From positions 1 through 38,607 of the forward strand of contig JAHFAU010000002.1 in assembly GCA_023250385.1 (NCBI GenBank): 38,607 nt of DNA. Reading direction: 5' to 3'. The translations under genes and the position numbers were made by a program. Of the stretch, positions 18,280 to 26,992 are shown one piece after another (the first letter of the stretch is position 1; every line of letters begins with the position of its first letter). The notes under the pieces are model-generated. The model was not told the DNA's origin. It worked only from the letters and a program-made list of their open reading frames with translations, and ran no database searches. Origin of the DNA: Anaerolineales bacterium (GTDB lineage Bacteria > Chloroflexota > Anaerolineae > Anaerolineales > E44-bin32).

Positions 18280-18895
18280 GAAACGCCTTCTCCTTCTTGT
18301 TCCAGGCCTGTTGCCGAACGTCAAGAAAACGCTGAACCGCGGTGAAGTTCGCTAAGACCGCGATAAGACCGACCCCCCATTTGGGGAGACCGAACAGCAG
18401 GCTTGGCACCAGTATCAGATATCGCTCGAAGCGGGTCAGCATTCCGCCCCGGACGATATATCCGAGGGCCTCGCCCCGGGCTCGGGCATACGAGACCAGC
18501 ACCGAACCAGCCGCCGCGACGAACACCAACGTGACCATCCCTTTGTCAAATCGGTTCTGGAAGTAGATCAACAGGCCACCGAACACGAGCATCTCCGAGT
18601 AGCGATCGATCACCGAATCAAAGAACCCGCCGAAATTTGAAGTTTCGCCACGCAAGCGAGCCAGCGTGCCGTCCAATGCATCAACCGGGGCCAGAAATAA
18701 CAAGAACAGGCCACCGATCAGGAATTGACCGCGGGCCACCAGGACTGCCGCCACCAAATGCCCGGCCAAGCCGACCAGCGAGAGCGCAATTGGCGTGACG
18801 CCCAAATCCTTAAGCACCGTTCCGATTCCATCGACGACCCCCCGGAATCGGGCGCGCATGAAATCGCTCAGAGTGCGAGGTTGGGTCTGGTCCAT
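18269..18895 (-). CDS. CDP-alcohol phosphatidyltransferase family protein (PgsA-like)
   Basis: PVDALDGTLARLRGETSNFGGFFDSVIDRYSE matches the D-x2-DG-x2-AR-x8-G-x3-D-x3-D motif. The protein has multiple TM helices. Confidence 0.85.
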   Translation of the reverse strand: MDQTQPRTLSDFMRARFRGVVDGIGTVLKDLGVTPIALSLVGLAGHLVAAVLVARGQFLIGGLFLLFLAPVDALDGTLARLRGETSNFGGFFDSVIDRYSEMLVFGGLLIYFQNRFDKGMVTLVFVAAAGSVLVSYARARGEALGYIVRGGMLTRFERYLILVPSLLFGLPKWGVGLIAVLANFTAVQRFLDVRQQAWNKKEKAFRER

Positions 18896-18919
18896 GGTTC
18901 TCGGTCGGTTGGTTTCGAA

Positions 18920-18948
18920 ATGCTAACCTGCGGGTATAGGCCAGTCAA
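18920..18948 (-). promoter_or_regulatory. Candidate promoter TTGACT-17 nt-TAGCAT for pgsA-like/lgt
   Basis: The minus strand reads gccTTGACTggcctatacccgcaggtTAGCATttcg. The -35 overlaps the ftsK stop codon. Confidence 0.3.
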
Positions 18949-21002
18949 GGCTGGGGACTTGCAGGGTCGTCTCCTGTGCGGTCTTCGTCCGAGATCAACA
19001 CCTCTCGAGTCCGGCCGCCCCCGGTAGCTCGGCCGATCAGGCCAAGCTCTTCAAGTTCGTCCATTAGGCGCGCGGCCCGCGGGTAGCCGACCCGCAACCG
19101 GCGCTGCAGCAGCGAGGCGCTCGCCTGGCCGCTCTCCTTCACCAACTCGATGGCCCGTTCGAGCACGTTGTCTTGCTGGCTGAGCGCATCTTGCCGCACT
19201 AGGAAATCCTCCCACGGCGCCATCGCCGCCCGAGCGGCACCCGAGTTCCAGCTGGTGATCAATCCCTCCAGTTCTTTGTCGCTGACGTACACGCCCTGCA
19301 GCCGCACTGGGGCGGCTGCCTCCGGGGCCAGGTACAGCATGTCACCCTTGCCCAGCAGCGATTCGGCACCTGGCCCGTCCAGGATCACGCGCGAATCAAT
19401 GCTGGAGGCGACCGCGCAGGCGATCCGGGCCGGGAAATTCGCCTTGATCAGGCCGGTCACCACATCGGTGCTCGGCCGTTGGGTCGCCACGACGAGATGA
19501 ATGCCGGTCGCCCGGGCCATCTGCGCCAAGCGCACCAGTGCCGATTCGGTCTGATCCGGAGCCAGCATCATCAGGTCGGCCAGCTCATCAATCATGACGA
19601 CGACTCGGGGCAGCGCTTCACCGCCCTTTCGGCGCAGGATCTTCCGATTGTAGGCCGCAAGATCCCGGGCAGAGGCGGCTTCCAGCAGTTTGAAGCGCCG
19701 GTCCATTTCCAACGTGCACCAGCGCAGCACACCCGCAATTCGGGTTAGCTCGGTCTCAACCTTGCCCATCAGGTGTGGCAAGCCGTTGAAGCGCAGGAGC
19801 TCGACTCGCTTCGGATCGATCAATACAAATCGCAGCTGCTCCGGCCCGTTGTTGATCGCCAGACAGGTCGCCAAGGCGGTGATGCAGACCGACTTGCCCG
19901 AACCCGTTGTCCCGGCGATCAGCAGGTGCGGCATGGAGGCCAGATCAGCAACGATGGGCTCGCCGGCCACGTCGCGGCCCAGGGCGATCGTCATGGGGGA
20001 ATCCAGCGAACGAAACCGCTCCGATTCCAAGATCGGGCGCAGCCGCACTCGTTCAGGCTTTCGGTTCGGGACCTCGATCCCGAGGTAGGCCTTGCCGGGA
20101 ACAGGGGCTTCTACCCGGATCGCGGGCGCGGAGAGCGCCAAGGCGAGATCGTTGGCGAGCGACGAGATCTGGGATACCCGCACCTTGCTGCGGGACACCG
20201 ATCCATCGGGTGCCTGGTGTTCCACGTAGCCGGGCTCGACCGCAAATTGAGTAACCGAGGGGCCGGTCCTGAAATCTACCACTTTCGCCGGTAGTCCGAA
20301 TTCCGCCAGAGTTTTCTCGATCAGGCCGGCCGCCAGGTTGATCTCACGGGCAGTGACCTGACGGGTCTCTCCGGATTCGAGGAAGTCAAGCGAGGCCGGC
20401 AAATCACTCCGAGCTCTCGAGCCGCCCTTCGCCGAACTTGCAGCGTCCTGCAACTTGAATTCTTTGCGGAACTCGGGCGGCACCCGCCGTTTGCCGGGGG
20501 TCTTCGAGGCCTCGGCAGGCGCAGCCGAGCTGGCCACGGTCGCCTGCATCGAAGCTGCCGGTCGCGGACCCCCAAGGCGATCGCCGAGGGCAAGCGCGGC
20601 GGCGCCTCCGCCTATAAGCAGCAGTGCCAGGATCCGGCCAACCGAGCCCACCACCCGCCCTAAACTGTCGCCGATCGCCCAGCCGACGATCCCCCCGCCC
20701 CTTCCTAACTCGGCTTCCGGGAGGCTATCGGCTGCGAGTGCACTCAACAACCCGAGGACCGAAAAGAAGATCAGCTCCGCGGCGATGACCCGGTCCCAGC
20801 GGCCGGGCCGGAAGATTATCGCCACCGCCGCTATGATCGGCACGGCCATTGCCCCGAGCCCCAGCCAGCGGCGCAGGAACCCGACCCAGGCGTCCAAGAG
20901 CCCTCCCCGGCTGAGGTCAAGCAGGCCGAGGAAGGTGATGGCCGCCGCGGCTAGCAGCGGGATTGCAAGCAAGTCCCGAAAAGAACGGCGGGCGATTCTC
21001 AT
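18945..21002 (-). CDS. ftsK: DNA translocase FtsK/SpoIIIE
   Basis: N-terminal TM helices are followed by a Pro/Ala/Ser linker. Also present: Walker A LLIAGTTGSGKSVCI, Walker B VVMIDELADLMM, HLVVATQRPS, and the C-terminal gamma winged-helix LLQRRLRVGYPRAARLMDELEELGLIG. Confidence 0.95.
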   Translation of the reverse strand: MRIARRSFRDLLAIPLLAAAAITFLGLLDLSRGGLLDAWVGFLRRWLGLGAMAVPIIAAVAIIFRPGRWDRVIAAELIFFSVLGLLSALAADSLPEAELGRGGGIVGWAIGDSLGRVVGSVGRILALLLIGGGAAALALGDRLGGPRPAASMQATVASSAAPAEASKTPGKRRVPPEFRKEFKLQDAASSAKGGSRARSDLPASLDFLESGETRQVTAREINLAAGLIEKTLAEFGLPAKVVDFRTGPSVTQFAVEPGYVEHQAPDGSVSRSKVRVSQISSLANDLALALSAPAIRVEAPVPGKAYLGIEVPNRKPERVRLRPILESERFRSLDSPMTIALGRDVAGEPIVADLASMPHLLIAGTTGSGKSVCITALATCLAINNGPEQLRFVLIDPKRVELLRFNGLPHLMGKVETELTRIAGVLRWCTLEMDRRFKLLEAASARDLAAYNRKILRRKGGEALPRVVVMIDELADLMMLAPDQTESALVRLAQMARATGIHLVVATQRPSTDVVTGLIKANFPARIACAVASSIDSRVILDGPGAESLLGKGDMLYLAPEAAAPVRLQGVYVSDKELEGLITSWNSGAARAAMAPWEDFLVRQDALSQQDNVLERAIELVKESGQASASLLQRRLRVGYPRAARLMDELEELGLIGRATGGGRTREVLISDEDRTGDDPASPQP

Positions 21003-21056
21003 GCAGGCGGGATCAGAGTGTCCCCTGCCGGTTCAAAAAAGGCAAGTTCCGCACCT

Positions 21057-22976
21057 TCAGCTTCGCGGAGCGAGTGGCTTGGCCGCCCGGGCTTCCCGCT
21101 CCATCTCTTCCATGGCCCGGGCGACGGTTTCGATGGCGACTTTCTGCTTGCGATACAAGTCCGCCTCGGACATTGCCAGTCGGACCGCCACATCGCGCAC
21201 CTTGCGTCCTTCCAGAAACTTCATTTCGAGAATGTTATACAGCATCCACTCTCCGGTGAACCGGCGCTCCCCCTGCGGTCTGACCCGATCGATGGCCTGA
21301 CGCAGCGTGGCTCGCAGTGCGCTGACCGCGTTCCCGTCGTGTGCCGCCACTGCCTCACGTACCACGCTCAGGCGCAGCAGCGGACTCTTGGTCAGCCGGG
21401 GGCCACCCCAATAATGACCGAGTGCCTCTCGGACCAGGTTGACCAGGTCGGCATCGGCCGGCAGGCTAGCCTCGGGCATAGTGAGCGCTTGGACCCCGCC
21501 GTAGCGAGCGGCTGCCCGCATCCGCTGTACGGCCTCAACCTGCGGGACCAGCCGGTCCACCGCCGCAAATACCTCCCGCTGCAGGGCCCGATCGGTGAGC
21601 GCGACCGCGGCTCGCTCGCGAACGAGCGCCAAGGCTTCCACCGTTTCCGCTTCGAATTCGAAATCCTCTGCGGGGAGCTTTAACCCAAGGACACCCACCA
21701 GCTCGGCCGTCGGCGAGGCCAGCAGCGGCGCCAGCCAGTATCGATCCCAGCGGAAGAGCGGTCCGAATCCAGGCAGCTCACGATTGTTATCCGAAGACAG
21801 GTCTGGAGCGCTGTCGAGCGGATCGCGCAGCGGATCGTCCGGTCCAACAGCTACCTCGAGCTCGACTCCTTGTTCACCCACCGCGGCGACGAACGCGGAA
21901 GGGGCACCGGTCAGATCGCAGGCCGCATTCAGGATCGCTTCGAGGTACTGGCGCAGATCCCCCGTAGTTAGCAATCGCTCTTCAAGCAAATGGAGCCGGC
22001 TGACGTCGTTTCGGTCCTGGCCATAGAACAGCCAGCGTTCCACCGTTGGGCGGATCATGGTGATTAGATACTGCAGACTCAAGATCGTACCGACCATGAA
22101 GAGCGGAACGGCTCGGCTGTTTTCCAGGCCGATCCGATGGCCGAGCCGATCGATGACCACCGTCACGGCGAGGGTCGTTGAGGCAACCACCGGCCCGCGC
22201 AGCAACCACTGAAATAGCCGGCTCTTGACCACCCGATCTGGGAAACTCACTCCGAAGTAGGCGACCGCGTAGGTCATCATTACGATCTGAACTGCTACCA
22301 GCAGGTTGAGCACCCCAAGCAGCGCCCAGGTCAGAAGCGGAGCCTGTAGGACGAAACTGCCGCCCGAGCTGAGGAAGGGATATGCGCCCAAGAACGGCGC
22401 CGCGGCGCCGAAGATCAGGTACCGCATCCGGCGGCGGCTTACCGAGGTCAGGCAGCGTTTGTATGCGCGCCAGAGGTTGAATCCGGTGAAAGCCAAAGCG
22501 AGCCCAAAGTACGCCGCGAACACAAGAAACCAGCGCCCGGCTGAGAGGAAGGCCACCGGCCCCAGCCGGTCGACCGGGCCGACCAACTCATTACTCAAGG
22601 CCGCGAACACAAAACCGACCAGGCTCAAGAGGTAGCCGATCCGAACTACCCATTTGCGGCGGCCGCGGGACGGCCGGCCGGTTGCCGCCAGCAACGCGTC
22701 TGAGAGGTGCATGTAGCCGGCCGGCACGAAGCTAATCCCGGCCCATTGAAGCCGCAGCCAAATCTGCTGCTCACTCTGCAGAGCGGCGGTGCCGGCCATG
22801 ACATCCGTGCCGTAGACCAAAGCCAGGCAGCCAAGCAGCAGAGCCAGGATTCGGGCCGCCCGTTCCTTCGGGTTGAACGTGAGGGAATAAAGCAGCAGGG
22901 AGAACGCAGTCACGGCGATCCCCGCATTCAGGATCTGATTCACCACCGTCAGGGCGGAAGTGAGCGTCTCGAGCAT
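21057..22976 (-). CDS. Membrane-bound putative one-component regulator: N-terminal 7TM-like sensor, GAF-like domain, C-terminal sigma70-region-4-like HTH
   Basis: The first roughly 300 aa form multiple TM helices resembling the histidine-kinase 7TM N-terminal module, but no kinase domain follows. The central part is GAF-like (LEAILNAACDLTGAPSAFVAAVGEQG...). The C-terminus reads WMLYNILEMKFLEGRKVRDVAVRLAMSEADLYRKQKVAIETVARAME, an HTH pattern. Confidence 0.55.
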   Translation of the reverse strand: MLETLTSALTVVNQILNAGIAVTAFSLLLYSLTFNPKERAARILALLLGCLALVYGTDVMAGTAALQSEQQIWLRLQWAGISFVPAGYMHLSDALLAATGRPSRGRRKWVVRIGYLLSLVGFVFAALSNELVGPVDRLGPVAFLSAGRWFLVFAAYFGLALAFTGFNLWRAYKRCLTSVSRRRMRYLIFGAAAPFLGAYPFLSSGGSFVLQAPLLTWALLGVLNLLVAVQIVMMTYAVAYFGVSFPDRVVKSRLFQWLLRGPVVASTTLAVTVVIDRLGHRIGLENSRAVPLFMVGTILSLQYLITMIRPTVERWLFYGQDRNDVSRLHLLEERLLTTGDLRQYLEAILNAACDLTGAPSAFVAAVGEQGVELEVAVGPDDPLRDPLDSAPDLSSDNNRELPGFGPLFRWDRYWLAPLLASPTAELVGVLGLKLPAEDFEFEAETVEALALVRERAAVALTDRALQREVFAAVDRLVPQVEAVQRMRAAARYGGVQALTMPEASLPADADLVNLVREALGHYWGGPRLTKSPLLRLSVVREAVAAHDGNAVSALRATLRQAIDRVRPQGERRFTGEWMLYNILEMKFLEGRKVRDVAVRLAMSEADLYRKQKVAIETVARAMEEMEREARAAKPLAPRS

Positions 22977-22984
22977 GCTCTGAG

Positions 22985-23515
22985 CTATTTGAGATTCAGG
23001 GTGAAGAACAGCGCAATCTCTTCGTCCGGATAATACTTATCGTGATAACCGGAGTAGAAGAAGCCAAGCTTGCGGACCAGGCTGATTCCGGGGAAATTCT
23101 TGCTCTGCATTTCCAGGGTAAGCCGGGCGAACCCTGCTTGCTGAGACCAACGCTTCGCGGCGGCCAGCAGCCGGGTTGCGACTCCCTGGCGCCGGTGAGC
23201 TCCGGCCACTACCAAATCCGTAACCCATCCGGTCGAGGGTGCCTGGCTGCTTTCCAGGACCAGATAACCCAACGGCTCGTGATTCGTCTCGGCCAAGAAG
23301 ATTTCGGCGGCATGCGTCCATTCGTCGGCCAGACGCCGGGGATCGCGCGGATACTCGACCCGCATTGGGCGCGGCAACCTGACTTCCCGAAATATCACGC
23401 TGGTGTCCGGCGAGTGAGCGCTCACCGCCATCTGCCAGACATGGTCGGTCTGATAGCTAGCGTCGATCGCCATCAAAGCGGGAATATCACTCGAAATCGC
23501 GGGACGGACCTCCAT
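22985..23515 (-). CDS. GNAT-family N-acetyltransferase
   Basis: LVVAGAHRRQGVATRLLAAAKRWSQQAGFARLTLEMQSKNFPGISLVRKLGFFYSGY contains the acetyl-CoA binding motif A (R/Q-x-x-G-x-A/G). Confidence 0.85.
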   Translation of the reverse strand: MEVRPAISSDIPALMAIDASYQTDHVWQMAVSAHSPDTSVIFREVRLPRPMRVEYPRDPRRLADEWTHAAEIFLAETNHEPLGYLVLESSQAPSTGWVTDLVVAGAHRRQGVATRLLAAAKRWSQQAGFARLTLEMQSKNFPGISLVRKLGFFYSGYHDKYYPDEEIALFFTLNLK

Positions 23516-23535
23516 CGGAGTTTAGCCTTGGGTTC

Positions 23536-24198
23536 TCACCCGCCGGAGGGCAGCACAACCACTTCTAGGGCGCAAGGTAATGGAGCGTTACCAGCAGTGT
23601 CCGTGACGACCAACTGTAGCAGGTACACCCCATTGATTACAAGGCTGGTGTCCCAGACCCCCAGCAGATTCTCGACTTTGGACTCGGTGCCTGCCGTGAT
23701 TACCTGCCAATTGGCCGATGAATCGCTAGCTTTGATCTCGATCTTGTAGAAGGCGAAATTAGGTATGTTGGCGCTGCCCCGAATTTCGACCAACCCTTGA
23801 ATTTGCGCGCCGCCGGAAGGTGAGCTGATCGTCGCGGTTGGGTTCAAGCAGCCGGTGCTGTCGGGGGCTTGAGGTACGACTGTTCCGCCGATTGCTTCGG
23901 TCGCGGTCGTTAGCAGCGAGATGGTCGGCACCAGAGTGGGCCTGGCGACTGCCGGGACCGAGGGAACCAGGAAAGTCGAAACTAAGAAGGTTGCCAGCCC
24001 GGCCAGCCCGATCAGGCCGAGCATCGCTAGTGCCCGGCTCCGGCGCGCAGCGCCCCGCTCCCGCTCCAGTCCAAAAAGCGAGCTGCGGACTTCGGCATTC
24101 GATTGAACTGCCAGCCTCAGATACACCAAGGCAGCCAGCGCCAGCAGTGTGTAGATCCATCCCTGCAAAGAGGCGATGAGCAGCAGAGCCTCTTCCAT
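23536..24198 (-). CDS. Hypothetical membrane-anchored protein with extracytoplasmic beta-rich domain
   Basis: It has two N-terminal hydrophobic helices, then a C-terminal domain (IQGLVEIRGSANIPNFAFYKIEIKASD...VYLLQLVVTDTAGN) that looks like an Ig-like/beta-sandwich. I recognise no family. Confidence 0.5.
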   Translation of the reverse strand: MEEALLLIASLQGWIYTLLALAALVYLRLAVQSNAEVRSSLFGLERERGAARRSRALAMLGLIGLAGLATFLVSTFLVPSVPAVARPTLVPTISLLTTATEAIGGTVVPQAPDSTGCLNPTATISSPSGGAQIQGLVEIRGSANIPNFAFYKIEIKASDSSANWQVITAGTESKVENLLGVWDTSLVINGVYLLQLVVTDTAGNAPLPCALEVVVLPSGG

Positions 24199-24203
24199 CC
24201 TGG

Positions 24204-25049
24204 CTACAACCCGCGCAGCACACCGCGAATTAGGCGCTCCAGTCTTGGACCGATCCGCTTGCCTGCTTCCAGCACTTCCGAATGGGTCGTCAACTTTTCA
24301 CCGTCTAGACTCGCCTTATTGCTAATCCCGGAGAATCCCAAAGTCCGCATTCCACCATGCCGGGCGACCGTAATCTCCGGCACGGTGGACATCCCGACAG
24401 CGTCGACCCCGATCATCCGGAGGAACCGCAGGTCGGCTGGAGATTCGAAGGCCGGCCCGCCTAGACAGATGTAGATGCCTTCTCGTAGAGCCAGACCTTC
24501 TTGAGCGGCCACCCGACGGGCCAGGGCTTGGAGTTGGCGGTCGTAGGCTTGGCTCATGTCCGGGAACCGAGGGCCAAATTCTTCCAGGTTCGGACCGCGA
24601 AGTGGAGAGAGCCCGGCCATTCCGATCAAGTTGATGTGATCGATTATCAGCATGATATCGCCTGGTTCGAACGATGGGTTCACTCCGCCGGCTGCGTTGG
24701 TCACGATCAGCGTGTCTGCCCCAAGCCGCTGAAGTACTCGGATCGGGAGCCCAATCCTGGCCATTGGGTGACCCTCGTAATAGTGAACCCGACCTTGCAG
24801 CACGCAGACCGGCATCCCTTCGAGCACTCCCATCAGCAATCGCCCGGCATGGCCTTCGACCGTTGATTTCGGCCAGCCTGGCAGCTCGTCCGTCGGCAGT
24901 GAGATCGAAGTCTCGAGAGAATCGGCCAACTCACCCAAACCCGAGCCCAGGATCATTCCGACTTTGGGGCGCAGGTCTGTGGATCCCCGGATCCGATTCG
25001 CCAGCATGTCGATTTCTTCGATCGTAGGGAATTGATCCTGGTTCATCAT
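24204..25049 (-). CDS. punA: Purine nucleoside phosphorylase (trimeric PNP/MTAP family)
   Basis: Motifs: ILGSGLGELAD, GHAGRLLMG, LQGRVHYYEGH, IVTNAAGG, GPRFPDMSQAY, GPAFESPAD, GMSTVPE. Confidence 0.9.
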   Translation of the reverse strand: MMNQDQFPTIEEIDMLANRIRGSTDLRPKVGMILGSGLGELADSLETSISLPTDELPGWPKSTVEGHAGRLLMGVLEGMPVCVLQGRVHYYEGHPMARIGLPIRVLQRLGADTLIVTNAAGGVNPSFEPGDIMLIIDHINLIGMAGLSPLRGPNLEEFGPRFPDMSQAYDRQLQALARRVAAQEGLALREGIYICLGGPAFESPADLRFLRMIGVDAVGMSTVPEITVARHGGMRTLGFSGISNKASLDGEKLTTHSEVLEAGKRIGPRLERLIRGVLRGL

Positions 25050-25948
25050 TTTGAAGTCAATCGGACCCGGATCGCGTTGGGGCTGCTCAAGCCAAGCAGG
25101 GCCTGGATATCGCGCTTGCTTTTCCCGTGCTGCAGCAGATGCCGGATCAACGAGTGGCGCAAGGAATGCGGTGAAAGATCGCTGCCCAGGTCCACCGCGG
25201 CGGCCCAGCGCTTGACAACCAGCCAGAGCCCTTGCCGACTCAGACGTTTCCCGCGCAGGTTGAGATAAAGGGCGCGCTCGCGGGTGTCGCGGACGAGATG
25301 CGGCCGACCCGCGCTCAGGTAGCGCCCCAAGGCACCCACCGACTCGGCGAGCTGCAGCGTCACCGGCTCCGGTCCGCGCCGCAGCAGGGTTCCCGCCTTC
25401 AGGTCCAGATCCTCTAAGTTGACCTGAACCGCTTCAGAGGCGCGCATCCCAGCCGAGTACAACAAGGCAAGCGCCGCCGCATCGCGCAACGCGCGCGGAC
25501 TCTCGAACCGCGCCGGGGCTGCCAGCAACCGGCGCACCTCGTCTTCCGTGAGGGTTCGGGGCAATCGTCGGGGAGTGCTTGGCGGTTGGAGCTGGTCCGG
25601 GATCCGGCGGCTGACGGTTCCTTCTTCTTCCGACAGGTAAAGCAGGAAGGCCCGGGCGGCCGCCATCTTGCGCGAAACCGTCGACGGCAGGTAGCCCTGC
25701 TCGACGAGCCACTTTGAATACTCTGTCACCATTCGAGCGTTCAGATCGTGGGGCTTGACTGCCCCGCCGGCCCTGGCGCTCAGCACCTGTTCGAACTGCC
25801 GCACGTCGATCGAGTAGGCCGAGATGGTGTTCTTGGCGCGCGCCTGCTCGTCTCGCAGATGGTTAAGGAATCGATCAATGGCAGGCTTCATCTTGCTGCT
25901 GATGCTAAACGCCTCGTTATTATACAGCCGAGGGGGTTTACTTGTCAT
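25046..25948 (-). CDS. XerC/XerD-like tyrosine-recombinase homologue lacking the catalytic Tyr (probably inactive or degenerate)
   Basis: The N-terminal SAM-like core-binding domain reads AIDRFLNHLRDEQARAKNTISAYSIDVRQF. The catalytic domain retains Arg-I (GMRASEA) and HSLRHS (H-x-x-R). The C-terminus LLGLSSPNAIRVRLTSK* replaces the canonical LLGHxxxxTTxxYTHV. The stop overlaps the punA ATG (ATGA). Confidence 0.75.
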   Translation of the reverse strand: MTSKPPRLYNNEAFSISSKMKPAIDRFLNHLRDEQARAKNTISAYSIDVRQFEQVLSARAGGAVKPHDLNARMVTEYSKWLVEQGYLPSTVSRKMAAARAFLLYLSEEEGTVSRRIPDQLQPPSTPRRLPRTLTEDEVRRLLAAPARFESPRALRDAAALALLYSAGMRASEAVQVNLEDLDLKAGTLLRRGPEPVTLQLAESVGALGRYLSAGRPHLVRDTRERALYLNLRGKRLSRQGLWLVVKRWAAAVDLGSDLSPHSLRHSLIRHLLQHGKSKRDIQALLGLSSPNAIRVRLTSK

Positions 25949-26008
25949 AAGTGCACAAGACGAGTGTGCGGCTAGCCGGCGAGCGGGGATCGGGCGTCGA
26001 CCCGGCAG

Positions 26009-26992
26009 CTAGCCGGCGCTTATCCAGGCGCTCGCCCGCTCAAGCTGCGTGACCTCCTCCGGCTCCAATCGAACCTCGAGCGCCGCCAGATTATCTTCCA
26101 GCTGCTCTAGCGAGCGGGGGCCGATGATGGGGCTGGTGATGCCCGGCCGCTGCATCAGCCACGCAAGCGCCAGTTGGGAGGTCGAAGCGGCGTGTATACG
26201 AGTCAAGCCCTCCAGGCTGGCCAGCACGTCCCAGGGTCGTCGCTCGCGGGCGTATTGCTCGAGACGTGGGCTTCCCGCCAGGCGGCCGTCGGCCGGCGCC
26301 GGCTCGCCTTTCCGATACTTGCCGGTGAGAAAGCCGCGGGCAAGTGGGCTATAGGGAATTACCCCCAGGCCATAGGTCTGGCAAACCTGCTCGAGCTCCT
26401 GTTCGAATGGCTGACGGGCCAACAAGCTGTACTCGGGCTGCAAGCACACATAGCTCTCCAGCCCCAGCCGGTCGGAGCTCCAGAGCGCCTGCATGAGGCG
26501 CCACGCCGGATAGTTCGAACAACCAAGGTAGCGGACCACTCCCTGATGGACAAGATCATCGAGTGCCCGCAGGGTCTCATCAATCGGTGTATCGGGATCC
26601 ACCGAGTGGGTTTGGTACAGATCGATGTAGTCGGTCCCGAGGCGGCGCAATGAGTTCTTAACCGCCTCCATGATGTGCAGCCGTGAGAGTCCTTGCTCGT
26701 TCGGCCCCTCCCCCATCTGACCTCGAACCTTAGTTGCCAGCACGACCTGGTCCCGGGGTACGACTTTCATGCCCAGCCACTTGCCGATGATGCCCTCCGC
26801 GACCCCGCCGGGATTGCCGGCGGCCCAGCGGGAATAGACATCGGCGGTGTCGATGAAGTTGATTCCGCGCTCGGCCGCTCGAGTGAGGACCTTGAGCGAG
26901 ACCTGCTCATCGGCCGTCCAGCCGAACTGCATGGCGCCAAGGCAGAGCGGGGTGACTTTGAGCCCAGTCTTTCCTAGATTGCGGAATTCCAT
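26009..26992 (-). CDS. Aldo/keto reductase
   Basis: MEFRNLGKTGLKVTPLCLGAMQFG...INFIDTADVYS...ATKV...YIDLYQTHSVD...LGCSNY...IPYSPLARGFLTGKY... is a canonical AKR pattern. I placed the start at ATG 26992. Confidence 0.9.
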   Translation of the reverse strand: MEFRNLGKTGLKVTPLCLGAMQFGWTADEQVSLKVLTRAAERGINFIDTADVYSRWAAGNPGGVAEGIIGKWLGMKVVPRDQVVLATKVRGQMGEGPNEQGLSRLHIMEAVKNSLRRLGTDYIDLYQTHSVDPDTPIDETLRALDDLVHQGVVRYLGCSNYPAWRLMQALWSSDRLGLESYVCLQPEYSLLARQPFEQELEQVCQTYGLGVIPYSPLARGFLTGKYRKGEPAPADGRLAGSPRLEQYARERRPWDVLASLEGLTRIHAASTSQLALAWLMQRPGITSPIIGPRSLEQLEDNLAALEVRLEPEEVTQLERASAWISAG

